This document shows, piece after piece, positions 43,963-53,127 of a stretch of DNA of 53,127 nt. How positions within the stretch are numbered: position 1 is the first letter of the stretch; each line of letters opens with the position of its first letter. The position numbers and the translations under genes were made by a program. Origin of the DNA: a virus (Duplodnaviria > Heunggongvirae > Uroviricota > Caudoviricetes); IMG/VR virus record IMGVR_UViG_3300046523_000117; one strand, given 5' to 3'. A model generated the notes under the pieces. The model had not been told where the DNA came from. It did not search any database and was given only the letters and a program-made list of their open reading frames with translations.

Positions 43963-43989
43963 AAAAGGGGCCAATCGGCCCCTTTTTAT
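43963..43989 (+). terminator. Rho-independent terminator
   Basis: AAAAGGGGCC-AATC-GGCCCCTTTTT. Confidence 0.85.
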
Positions 43990-43994
43990 TTGAT

Positions 43995-44002
43995 TATAAA
44001 TA
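43995..44002 (+). promoter_or_regulatory. T4-type late promoter TATAAATA
   Basis: Exact consensus upstream of gp25. Confidence 0.85.
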
Positions 44003-44025
44003 CACAATACACAACAGGAATACAT

Positions 44026-44421
44026 ATGGATACTATAATCTATTCCGATATTCGTAAGAATATGTTATTAGACCCGATTACACACGATTTATCCGCCGCT
44101 ACCAATGACCGGGCTATTATCGATTCTGTTATGAATCTAGTATTGACCGAAAAGGGTGAACGTCTGTACCAACCAGAGGTTGGTGGAAACATTTCCGGGC
44201 TATTATTCGAACTAATGTCCGATGAAACAACTTATATGATCAAACGGGAAATTCAGGAAGTCCTCACCAACTGGGAACCTAGAGCGGTTCTACAACAGGT
44301 TGATGTAATCGCTGATTATGACAATAACTCTTATTTCATCACCGTTCGATTCTTTACAATCTACAACTTAGAGCTGCTGCAAGTAGCGTCTCTAAACCTA
44401 AATTCTAAGGCCACTTCATGA
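44026..44421 (+). CDS. gp25: Baseplate wedge subunit
   Basis: YSD, AI..SV.NL.LT.KGER.Y.P..G, LFE, WEPR. Confidence 0.93.
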   Translation: MDTIIYSDIRKNMLLDPITHDLSAATNDRAIIDSVMNLVLTEKGERLYQPEVGGNISGLLFELMSDETTYMIKREIQEVLTNWEPRAVLQQVDVIADYDNNSYFITVRFFTIYNLELLQVASLNLNSKATS

Positions 44422-46265
44422 TTAATACTGACTTCTCCGCTTTAGCGTTTGCAGATGTTAAGAACCGTTTAATCGACCATTACAAAAACAGTGCAAGTTT
44501 TGCGGACTATGATTTTGAAGGTTCGCGAATGAACACCCTGATCGATGGTTTAGCGTATGCAGCATTGTATCAAGGTACATTTGCCAACGCCGCATTATTT
44601 GAATCGTTTCTACAATCTGCTCGAAACCGTGGATCGGTTGTTATGGGCGCTCAAAATATCGGTTATACCCCGGCTTCTATCCGTGGTTCTTCGATTGATA
44701 TGGGTGTGACCCTGACATACAACCAACCCGGAACATTACCCAATTCAGCTAAAGTTCCATTTGGGTTCAAATTCTTTGGTACAATGGGTAATTCGAAATA
44801 TGAATTTGTAACTTTCAAAGATACTATTCTAACGAAAAACCTCGCCGGTACTTACACTGGGAACTTGAATGTTGTCCAAGGTAAGATCATCCGTCAGCAA
44901 TACGTGTGGTCGAACACTGCTCGTATTTTTATTCGAGATACCACAATCGATAGACGTTACATCCGTATTACGGTAAATGGTGTTGAATACACTCTAGCAG
45001 GCAACGCCGCTCGAATGGGTTCGACAGATGCTGTTTACTACTTCCGTGAAACTCAAGACGGTTGGACGGAAATCTATTTCGGTACTGGTGAACTTGAATT
45101 AATTCCGGGGCAACCTGACCTAAGAAAATACGTGGGTGGTTTAAGACCTGCCGTTGGTCAAACTGTAGTTATCGAATACCTTTCGGTTAGAGGCCGAGAC
45201 GGTAACGGTATCACCACATTCAAAGCTGTAGACTCAGTTGCCGGGTTTGATTTTGCAATCACTCTTGATGCAGACGCGATCAGCGATGGTGGTGGTGATA
45301 AGGAAGACATAGAACGTATCAGAGCCGTGGCCCCGAAAGTATTTGAGGCTCAAGGCCGATGTGTAACAGCTCAGGACTATGAAGCATTTGTGCTTAAAGA
45401 GTTTGGATCAATTGTTGAAGCGATTCGTTGCTTTGGTGACAACACCAAGCCGGGTTATGCGTTCATCGCAATCAAACCGGTTAATGAGTTGGTTATGAAC
45501 AATGCCCAGAAGCAAGCGATTGAAGAGTACCTAAAAGACTACAATATCGTGACCATCGCCCCTCGAATTGTTACCCCAGACTATGTGTTTGTGGAAAAAA
45601 CGGTTTCGGTTGACTATAAGGTTGTTGAATTGAGTGTTTCAGAAGATCAGTTGATTAGTAGTTTGATGCAATCAATTGAAAACTATTACAATCAGAACAT
45701 TACAACGTTCTCGGCTAGTTTCCACGTTTCCAAACTTCTAAGCTATATCGACAACACCGATACCGCTGTATTGGGTTCACGTTGCAGCATTCGATTGGTT
45801 AAAGAGCTTGAGGACAACTACCTGACCCCAACTACAGGGGTTAGTTTCCTGAATCCGTTGGTAACCAGAACATTTATCAGCTCGGCTATCTCTTTCATCA
45901 AAGATCCGGTCCATCCGTATAACGTAAACATCGTTAGTACAGATTCCGGTCAATTGGTAATCGGCCCATTCAAGGCTACTGCTGATATTTCCGTACCGGC
46001 TTATACTGAAACAGATTTCGACGGGCTTGGAACAAGTCCTGATAATAAATATTACCCGATTGGTACGATTGATCATACTTCCGGTAATGCATACTTCAAT
46101 CTGGGGGCACTTGGATTGCCACGTAGCAACTTTTCTGTTGCCAACCTGCAAATGTATGCAACCCCGAAAGAAACAGATATCTATACCAAAGACGGTTCCC
46201 TGATTGTATACGAACCATTACTGCGTCCGAAATACATTTCAGTTGCTATCCAACCAATTTTGTGA
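44418..46265 (+). CDS. gp6: Baseplate wedge subunit
   Basis: F.DYDFEGS, ESFLQSA..R.SV, Q.RCVTA.DY. Confidence 0.95.
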   Translation: MINTDFSALAFADVKNRLIDHYKNSASFADYDFEGSRMNTLIDGLAYAALYQGTFANAALFESFLQSARNRGSVVMGAQNIGYTPASIRGSSIDMGVTLTYNQPGTLPNSAKVPFGFKFFGTMGNSKYEFVTFKDTILTKNLAGTYTGNLNVVQGKIIRQQYVWSNTARIFIRDTTIDRRYIRITVNGVEYTLAGNAARMGSTDAVYYFRETQDGWTEIYFGTGELELIPGQPDLRKYVGGLRPAVGQTVVIEYLSVRGRDGNGITTFKAVDSVAGFDFAITLDADAISDGGGDKEDIERIRAVAPKVFEAQGRCVTAQDYEAFVLKEFGSIVEAIRCFGDNTKPGYAFIAIKPVNELVMNNAQKQAIEEYLKDYNIVTIAPRIVTPDYVFVEKTVSVDYKVVELSVSEDQLISSLMQSIENYYNQNITTFSASFHVSKLLSYIDNTDTAVLGSRCSIRLVKELEDNYLTPTTGVSFLNPLVTRTFISSAISFIKDPVHPYNVNIVSTDSGQLVIGPFKATADISVPAYTETDFDGLGTSPDNKYYPIGTIDHTSGNAYFNLGALGLPRSNFSVANLQMYATPKETDIYTKDGSLIVYEPLLRPKYISVAIQPIL

Positions 46266-46274
46266 TAATAGAAA

Positions 46275-49200
46275 ATGGCACAATCACCAGCATTAGAAAT
46301 AGTTCGTATTAAGAATGTCGCCGGGACGTTCGCCATGATTACATGGGATGACCTAGGCGGAATATTCACCTATGAAATTCAAAAATCAGCAAACGGTGGT
46401 GATTACATCGCCGTTGATTTTACAAACAACTCTGAATATTTTGACCAGCATGTCACACCCAATACGAAATACATCTATCGGGTGCGTGCTGTATCGACTG
46501 AATATAGTCCAAGTGAATGGACTCTATCCGAAGAATTTACCACATTCGCAAGCAATTCGTATGTGGTAACTTCACAGGCGTCAGTTTCGATTTATCAAAA
46601 TTTCATCAACGAAAAACTTACCAAAGCCAACAGCACATTCGATTTCAATCGTGATGAAATCAATGGGGTGTTGATCAAAGAAGGTTTTGTATTCGATAAC
46701 AAGAAAACAACAATCGCAGAACTTGAGGGGTATATTCTCTATCAAGATGAATCTTTGAAACTATATGGTGATGTATCAGAAGCATGTGGTGATAGATACA
46801 AGCTGTTACCTGCATATTTTAATGATATATTCTTTTCGTTTGAACGACTACAATCGATTGTTCGCTATTCAAAAAATAATGCCGCATCGTGGATTCTCCA
46901 TCGTGGTATTCTTGGTCGAGTTGGCAACCCAGTTGGTACTCAGGTTGCGGTAACATCAGATTCCGCTATGTATATTATGGGTTATGATGGGATCTATACC
47001 TTAACATTTGCAACCGATATCAAATGGTCCAACGATGAAATTACGCTAAGTTCTGTAACCCAGACATTCAGTCCGGGGAACACAGGTACATTCCGTATTT
47101 CTAAGTTGATTGATTTACCGACAGGTTTAGGTCTTGGTTCAATCGAAGCTATGGCTATCAATGATGATGGGTCTAAGCTATATGTAGCTTCCGCCAATAC
47201 CGTATATTCTTTGGAATTAAAAACTCTAAATTTAGATGGTAGTGGTAGACGGGTATGGAACTCTGTTGCGGTAACCGTAACCGATGACACAACAAACAAC
47301 GTACTGATTAAAAATCTGGTGTGTTTCGGTGACTCTGTGTATGCGTTTGTACCGGGCACTAGATCATCGACAGGGGTAGCCATTGATAGCGGTTACAAAG
47401 TTGCTCCATCGGACTATGAGGGGGTTTATAAACTAAATTCGACCCTGACATCATCGGTTCGTGTATTAGGTAACACCACATATGACCGTATAACCCTTGA
47501 CCCAGTTATTTCCAACCTGTCTCGATCACCAACCCACATCCTAATTGATGGAATCAACCGTCCATATGATGTAATTGCAGATGATTCTAGTATCGAGCCG
47601 GGAACCCCCGGATATGATGATGGGGAAGTTGACCCGGAACGTGTGGATTACGCGGTTAAGTATGAAATTGATCCAAATAACATCGTAACCAATAACCGTG
47701 GGTACAGAACACCATTGCGTTCGGATGATGGTACAACTTGGGTAACTCGCGAAGAAAATTATCACTTCGAATCTCAGTATCTGTGGTTTGCTGGGAACAG
47801 AATGTGGGTCAACTATAAAGCTAAACTGGCTTTGATTAGCAAACGTACCGATTTTGTTCACACCCTAACTAACACATCCGAAACTCTGGATAATGGTAAG
47901 TTCACGTTTTACGCGGATTCGTTCAATATCAGTGGCTTCCCCGGATATGTTATCGGGATGGTATTCTATAAAAAATCGACTGGCGATATAATCGGCTATT
48001 ATAGCCTTGGATTCCGTACAAGAGATAATGCAATTTTCACTTGGACACCAAATCGTCAGGTTGCAACCGCAATTCTGGCATCCAATGTAATTGATGCAGT
48101 TGTGGTAGATGAAACCCCAACTAACGAATCGGATATTGTTCCACCATTGGATGCAATGGTTGCACAGTTCCTACCAGAGCATTTCATTCAGAATGAACCG
48201 CTGTACGTTTCGTTTGTCGAAGAATACTTGAAATTCCTGTCAAGTGATAGAAAGTCTGATTATGGTCAGTTGTACAATTTGATTCAAAACCATGATGTGA
48301 ACGAAACCGAATATCTGGAAATGTTCTATAACGATCTGTCAAAACGCAATGTTTATCTTGATACTGCGAAGTGGACAGAACTGTTGAAGTTTGTGAACAA
48401 TCGGGCATCGGATCTATATTCAATCAAAGGTGTTAAGGATTCGTACAAGTTCCTATTCAAGCTGCTGTATAACGAGGAAGTGACTGTAACAACAGAAACC
48501 GACTCTCAGTATGAATACGACATCATCATTGCATCTGACAATCTGACATCGGATTTGGTAGGTAACCGCCTAACAACCAGCACCGGATACGGTGATGTTG
48601 TGTATTACGACAGATATTTTGATTCGGATGGTACGGCTTACTGGTTAGTGACGCTAAATAACATCATAGGGGAGTTTGATGAAGGTGGTACGCTTTCTGC
48701 AACTGTAAATCCGGCATTCACCGGCACCGTTATTCGCGGTGTGGTTGGTAAGGAAGCACCACTTGATAGTCAGGACTATTTGAAACGCGGTCCAACGTAT
48801 TACGCGATTTCCATTTATTCCCAAATGCAAGTTTCGAAATATCGCGATGATGTGCTTCGGTTTGTACACCCGGTCGGATTCGGATTTGTTGGTATCATGA
48901 TGATTACCATGTTCGTAAATTCTGGGGTGTCCACGACACACAAAGAAACCTTAGTTGATATCCTACAGACCCTGAAATGGGATATGGGATTGCCGCGTAA
49001 ATACCCAATGACGATTCCTGATTTGGATACTAACGGTAAATACCAGTTTAGCAACTATGGTGAAATTCTGACCATCGACCACCCATTGGCTGGGCAGGAC
49101 TTCCCATTACGACCAACGTACATGGCAGACAACCCACAAGTTATTGACGGGCAGGATTCAGATCAACGCCGTAAGGATTCGTTCTTATTCGATAGTTCAA

Positions 49201-49277
49201 ACCTGCGGTTTATCAACACCCGCAAACTGGTTAACCTACGTCTCAAAGATGGGTTGACCCAAAGGAAAGATTCTTAA
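46275..49277 (+). CDS. gp7: Baseplate wedge initiator
   Basis: FN3-like N-terminus, YSIKG..DSYKFLFKLLYNE, VLRFVHPVGF. Confidence 0.93.
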   Translation: MAQSPALEIVRIKNVAGTFAMITWDDLGGIFTYEIQKSANGGDYIAVDFTNNSEYFDQHVTPNTKYIYRVRAVSTEYSPSEWTLSEEFTTFASNSYVVTSQASVSIYQNFINEKLTKANSTFDFNRDEINGVLIKEGFVFDNKKTTIAELEGYILYQDESLKLYGDVSEACGDRYKLLPAYFNDIFFSFERLQSIVRYSKNNAASWILHRGILGRVGNPVGTQVAVTSDSAMYIMGYDGIYTLTFATDIKWSNDEITLSSVTQTFSPGNTGTFRISKLIDLPTGLGLGSIEAMAINDDGSKLYVASANTVYSLELKTLNLDGSGRRVWNSVAVTVTDDTTNNVLIKNLVCFGDSVYAFVPGTRSSTGVAIDSGYKVAPSDYEGVYKLNSTLTSSVRVLGNTTYDRITLDPVISNLSRSPTHILIDGINRPYDVIADDSSIEPGTPGYDDGEVDPERVDYAVKYEIDPNNIVTNNRGYRTPLRSDDGTTWVTREENYHFESQYLWFAGNRMWVNYKAKLALISKRTDFVHTLTNTSETLDNGKFTFYADSFNISGFPGYVIGMVFYKKSTGDIIGYYSLGFRTRDNAIFTWTPNRQVATAILASNVIDAVVVDETPTNESDIVPPLDAMVAQFLPEHFIQNEPLYVSFVEEYLKFLSSDRKSDYGQLYNLIQNHDVNETEYLEMFYNDLSKRNVYLDTAKWTELLKFVNNRASDLYSIKGVKDSYKFLFKLLYNEEVTVTTETDSQYEYDIIIASDNLTSDLVGNRLTTSTGYGDVVYYDRYFDSDGTAYWLVTLNNIIGEFDEGGTLSATVNPAFTGTVIRGVVGKEAPLDSQDYLKRGPTYYAISIYSQMQVSKYRDDVLRFVHPVGFGFVGIMMITMFVNSGVSTTHKETLVDILQTLKWDMGLPRKYPMTIPDLDTNGKYQFSNYGEILTIDHPLAGQDFPLRPTYMADNPQVIDGQDSDQRRKDSFLFDSSNLRFINTRKLVNLRLKDGLTQRKDS

Positions 49278-50278
49278 TGACAATTATATATCGTGGGGTT
49301 GTAACCCCTAAATTTAGAACCACTGCGATGATGAACTTTATTGGAAGAATTGCGGATACTGACGACTCGAACACATATTACATGTCGTTCGGGCGGGCAG
49401 TCCCGTGGTCTACCTACGAATCTAGTTCATACTTCAAGCCACCATTCCCGGTCACTAATGACACTGGTATCGCGGCGCTCTGGGATGATATGCTTGGGCT
49501 GATCAAAGTTTCCAAACTGTCTTGGATTCCTGTGATCCCTCGCAGAGACTGGGGTAATCCGAATTATCAAGATAGTTTAACATTCCATGTTGATGATGTT
49601 GTGGTTGTAAACTCCCTAACCGGTGTGAATAAATACGACACATCTGATGCGGGTTACATGGTTTATCGCTGCGTGCAAGAGCCTCAAGAAGATGGTGTTT
49701 GTAGCGTCAACCAACTACGTGATAGAACCGCGTGTTTAATGGCCGGTGGATCATGGACACCAACTGCATCTTTGGGTGAACCGGGTAATATTCCGAAAGG
49801 GAAAAACTCCGCGATTGATACGGGTGATGGTTACTTATGGGCCTACCTGTATACGATTCCGCCTGATGAAGTTATTAACTCGACCAACGATGACTACATT
49901 GTGGTTCCGACCCCAGATGAAATTCAATCAAATCCTAGCAAGTGGGGGATTGTGGATCTAGGGAATATCAACCAAATTAGCCGGACGATCTTTGACATCA
50001 ACTGTAGTTCCCTGATGGGTTCTGCGCAGTTGACAGATAGAGACTTCACAAACACAAACCGGGTGGGTAACACCGGATATCGTCAGTTAGCAATTATTGT
50101 GAACCCGTTGCTTGCGAAAGCACATCAGGGTGACCCCGATGTAAAGGCTACTGCATATTCCTACAACCCCGACCAACTTCTGGTTGAATCTGGCGAAGTT
50201 CTTTATATTGAGAACCGACCGCCGATATATCGCTCTAGCGATCAAACAGAATCTATCCGAATTATCCTGAGTTTCTAA
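49277..50278 (+). CDS. gp8: Baseplate wedge subunit
   Basis: IYR.VVT.KFRT, VIPRRDWG, DGY.W.YLYTIP, SGE.LY.ENR.PI.R..DQTE. Confidence 0.95.
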   Translation: MTIIYRGVVTPKFRTTAMMNFIGRIADTDDSNTYYMSFGRAVPWSTYESSSYFKPPFPVTNDTGIAALWDDMLGLIKVSKLSWIPVIPRRDWGNPNYQDSLTFHVDDVVVVNSLTGVNKYDTSDAGYMVYRCVQEPQEDGVCSVNQLRDRTACLMAGGSWTPTASLGEPGNIPKGKNSAIDTGDGYLWAYLYTIPPDEVINSTNDDYIVVPTPDEIQSNPSKWGIVDLGNINQISRTIFDINCSSLMGSAQLTDRDFTNTNRVGNTGYRQLAIIVNPLLAKAHQGDPDVKATAYSYNPDQLLVESGEVLYIENRPPIYRSSDQTESIRIILSF

Positions 50279-50280
50279 TA

Positions 50281-51090
50281 ATGAGTAAAAACCTGCTTAT
50301 CACGGGTGTTGCTGGTGATAACACCACTGGCGACACGCTATATAATGGTGCAACCAAGCTCAATGCGATGTTAAGCGAGATATACGACGCCTTTGGTCTA
50401 CAAGGTTCTAATCCGCAAGACATTCATGCGACCGGTTATTACCAAACCCCGGCCCGTGCCTATTACACATACCCGGTAGAGGCCGGTAGTATGTTGAACG
50501 TAGACACCCGTAACGGCGTACTAACCGTCAAACTTCCAAATGGTAAGATTGGGGAAATGGTTAAACTTCGCGATCCATTTGGTTCGTGGGCAACTAACCC
50601 AATCTCCGTAAAAGCGGATGGCATCGAAGAAATCGATAGTCTGTTGACGCCTGTTGTATTGAACATCAACTTTATCGAAGTAACATTTGTATGTATCAAT
50701 GACACACCCGGACAAGTAAACTGGACGTACACCCTCAAGAGTTTGATGGATCGTGATGTTCGTTTAGTTGATTCTGTTTTTGTACTAACTCCATCAAATC
50801 CAGTTACTTACACAATCGGTAGTACGGCTTCATTTACATCTGCGCAATTGTTCATCACAGGGCTACAACGCACAGGTGGTACGGCTGTTACTTCCTCGGA
50901 AATCCATCTTGCTCATGACGGAACAACGCATGTTTATAATGAATCCTCGGTTCTTAGTACCGGCACTACTCGTGTATATGACATCGATTTTTCTATTCAG
51001 TCTGGTTCCGTCATTATGACAATAACCACAACTTTACCACAAGTAAAAGTTGCTGTTAGATCAACTGATTTCACCCGTATCGTATTGTGA
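50281..51090 (+). CDS. gp9: Baseplate tail fibre connector
   Basis: G...D..TGD.LY.G..K.N, HATGYYQ. Confidence 0.9.
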   Translation: MSKNLLITGVAGDNTTGDTLYNGATKLNAMLSEIYDAFGLQGSNPQDIHATGYYQTPARAYYTYPVEAGSMLNVDTRNGVLTVKLPNGKIGEMVKLRDPFGSWATNPISVKADGIEEIDSLLTPVVLNINFIEVTFVCINDTPGQVNWTYTLKSLMDRDVRLVDSVFVLTPSNPVTYTIGSTASFTSAQLFITGLQRTGGTAVTSSEIHLAHDGTTHVYNESSVLSTGTTRVYDIDFSIQSGSVIMTITTTLPQVKVAVRSTDFTRIVL

Positions 51091-51101
51091 TGGTAGGCTA
51101 A

Positions 51102-52865
51102 ATGAAACAAGATATTATTTTAGGTGCGGCTGTAGATGATTCCACTGGCGATTACATTCGTCAGGGTGGGCTCAAGATCAAGTCGAACTTTGATGAAGCA
51201 TATACCATGCTGGGGGATGGAACAGAATTCCATCCTGCCGGTGCTTTCAAAACATGGTCGTGGAGCGATGGTTCAACACTAGGCCCAGATTTCGGTGAAG
51301 CCTATAACATCAATACCCTACAGGGTGTGATATCGGTAACACTACCAAAGGGTTCCCCTGCGGAATATGGTCGTGTGATTAAATTACGCGACGTACATGC
51401 CTCTTGGGGTACGAATGATTGTATTGTTCGTCCAATGTCTGGTGATTCCATCGGTGGTTCGACTAACCCAGTTAACTTTGCAACTGACTTTAGCGACATG
51501 ACCTTTGTATATTCTTCACCGGCGACATGGCGTTACATCAACAACATGAGATTGGATTCTGTTCCGCAAGCTCCGGGTACAGGTGTTGTGGTTCAATCTT
51601 TCCGTGTTACTGGTAGTCAATATACTGATGGATTCTTCACCAATATTAGCACCGCTGGTTATAACTCCAATGCGGTTCAGGTGTATCGTAACGGTACGCT
51701 GTTGACATACGATTCGACATTGGTTAACACCGACTATGGTTCTAAATCTGGATCAACTGTTGGTAGATTGAATGGTGTGGATATCTATGTGCCATATGTG
51801 GTTAACGGTGATGTAATTACAATCATTAGTTACAGTAAGGGTATTGCAAGTTCTCCAGTATCATATGTTCGTTATGATGTACAGATGCTTGACCCGCTAA
51901 ACCCAACAACTGTTGTGTCTGGTCAAACAGCACGAATCAAAGTTGGTGGGGCATATAACCTGACAGACTTCGGGTGTCCAGAGGATGAAGAAATTAACCC
52001 GGCTGCATGTCAGATTCTGGTAAACGGTACAGTATTGGTTGAAGCTGGTAAAGCTGGATTAAACCCTGCTGCGAATGAAGACTATAAATTTGATGTTGAT
52101 AGTCTTGGTCGCTGGAACAAGGTTTACATCAGCCCTGACTTAACAGACGGTGATATTGTAAGCATCATTTACTACAACACCGAAATTGGGTCAATCCTAG
52201 AATGGGATAGCCCTGATGGGATCAAATCCCGCGCAGCAACTGTATTCTTGGATACTTCGTTTATATTCAGCCGCTCGGACAAGATTCGTTATACCGACAC
52301 AAGCGATGCAACCGCACAGAACATGGCCCCGGTAGCCGGTACTGAAACTAACATCCGTTTTGCAAACGTAGTTCAATTACTTGAATCGATCTACCCGATT
52401 GGTTCTCTATACATGAACGCGAATAACCCAGCCAACCCAAGCTTGTATATGGGCTTTGGCACATGGGCTAGATATGCAAAAGGTCGGACTATTTTTGGGT
52501 TTGACGACACGTTAGATAATACCAGTCAACCAGATCCATTGTTTGGTATTAACTCGGCTGTATTGGATGAATACAACAACCCAGCGAAAATTGCCGGTAA
52601 CTTGATTGGATCACGTCAAGTACAACTGACGACAGAGCATATCCCACAATTGGATTCGGATCGCGAATTCCTGCGTGAAGCTCTATCTGGTACAGGTGAA
52701 ATTAACCTGACCGGTTGTTTACCAGACCCAGACCAGACATTAACGCCATTGGCAACTTATGAATTGGCCACGGTTAATTTCAATGCCACATCGGGTCAAA
52801 CCGCATCTGACTTTGCGATTATCCCACCGGCAATTACAACATATATTTGGGTGCGAACTGCATAA
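51102..52865 (+). CDS. gp10: Baseplate wedge subunit and tail pin
   Basis: MKQ.I..G..VDD.TGDY.R.GG.KI..NF, IYPIG..Y.N..NP.NP..YMGFG.W, P.IT.Y.WVR.A. Confidence 0.95.
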   Translation: MKQDIILGAAVDDSTGDYIRQGGLKIKSNFDEAYTMLGDGTEFHPAGAFKTWSWSDGSTLGPDFGEAYNINTLQGVISVTLPKGSPAEYGRVIKLRDVHASWGTNDCIVRPMSGDSIGGSTNPVNFATDFSDMTFVYSSPATWRYINNMRLDSVPQAPGTGVVVQSFRVTGSQYTDGFFTNISTAGYNSNAVQVYRNGTLLTYDSTLVNTDYGSKSGSTVGRLNGVDIYVPYVVNGDVITIISYSKGIASSPVSYVRYDVQMLDPLNPTTVVSGQTARIKVGGAYNLTDFGCPEDEEINPAACQILVNGTVLVEAGKAGLNPAANEDYKFDVDSLGRWNKVYISPDLTDGDIVSIIYYNTEIGSILEWDSPDGIKSRAATVFLDTSFIFSRSDKIRYTDTSDATAQNMAPVAGTETNIRFANVVQLLESIYPIGSLYMNANNPANPSLYMGFGTWARYAKGRTIFGFDDTLDNTSQPDPLFGINSAVLDEYNNPAKIAGNLIGSRQVQLTTEHIPQLDSDREFLREALSGTGEINLTGCLPDPDQTLTPLATYELATVNFNATSGQTASDFAIIPPAITTYIWVRTA

Positions 52866-53127
52866 TGAGTATTAATAGATCAGCCGCTAGTGTGACAACT
52901 AAAAATGCGGTAAACATTGAATATGATCAAACCCTATTCCCGCAAGTTGGGTCTGCTACGGCAGCCCAACTTGCGTTGGGTATTGATACACCAAACGTAC
53001 AAGCTGCGTTGGATCAAATCTGGGACGGTGCTACGGTTCAACCCGGTCAGGTAATTGTAACCCTAAGTTCACGTAACCCAAACCTCGCGCCAACCACAAG
53101 TTCGTCGCAGGTAAGCGTGATTACGGT
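52865..53127 (+). CDS. gp11: Baseplate wedge subunit / tail pin, N-terminal part (runs off window)
   Basis: ATG overlapping gp10 stop, open to window end (MSINRSAASV...); synteny. Confidence 0.7.
   Translation, partial: MSINRSAASVTTKNAVNIEYDQTLFPQVGSATAAQLALGIDTPNVQAALDQIWDGATVQPGQVIVTLSSRNPNLAPTTSSSQVSVIT

Noticed and set aside
1-53127. Genome-wide stop-codon reassignment implied by the CUA tRNA
   Set aside because: All core genes are full length under the standard code, with no internal TAG splits observed

Overview
This window is a segment of a large T4-like (Tevenvirinae/Straboviridae-like) myophage genome. An alginate lyase suggests a Pseudomonas-type host (inference). From left to right: (1) 1-4.7 kb, minus strand: replication/recombination/late transcription genes gp44 (partial), gp45, rpbA, gp46, gp47, gp55. 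(2) About 5-29 kb, minus strand: an accessory and RNA-gene region. It holds ~26 conventional tRNA genes including an amber-suppressor tRNA(CUA), ~9 CCA-ended tRNA-like RNAs with rebuilt anticodon or D arms, several circularly permuted tRNA-like domains and large structured intergenic RNAs. It also encodes Acb1/gp57B, a metallophosphoesterase, YqeY, a PL7 alginate lyase, an SGNH esterase, a YkuK-like RNase H-fold protein, dNMP kinase and a Ro60/TROVE-vWA-like (DUF2828-type) protein. (3) 29-53 kb: the tail/baseplate module (gp3, gp29, gp51/gp26, gp54, gp2, gp4, then plus-strand gp48, gp53, gp27, gp5, PAAR-peptidase, tail fibre, gp25, gp6-gp11). The most striking candidate system is a family of at least 7 dispersed ncRNAs. 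They share a covarying terminal helix followed by an invariant ACAGCA, carry interchangeable cargo domains (some are YrlA-like permuted tRNAs), and co-occur with the phage Ro60-like protein, which suggests a phage Ro/Y-RNA-like RNP repertoire. Other highlights are a ~700-nt hairpin-dense ORF-free element, a probable -1 frameshift joining gp26 and gp51 upstream of the tape-measure gene, and a PAAR-M15 peptidase fusion paired with a lysozyme-less gp5. All calls come from manual reading; no searches or folding programs were run.
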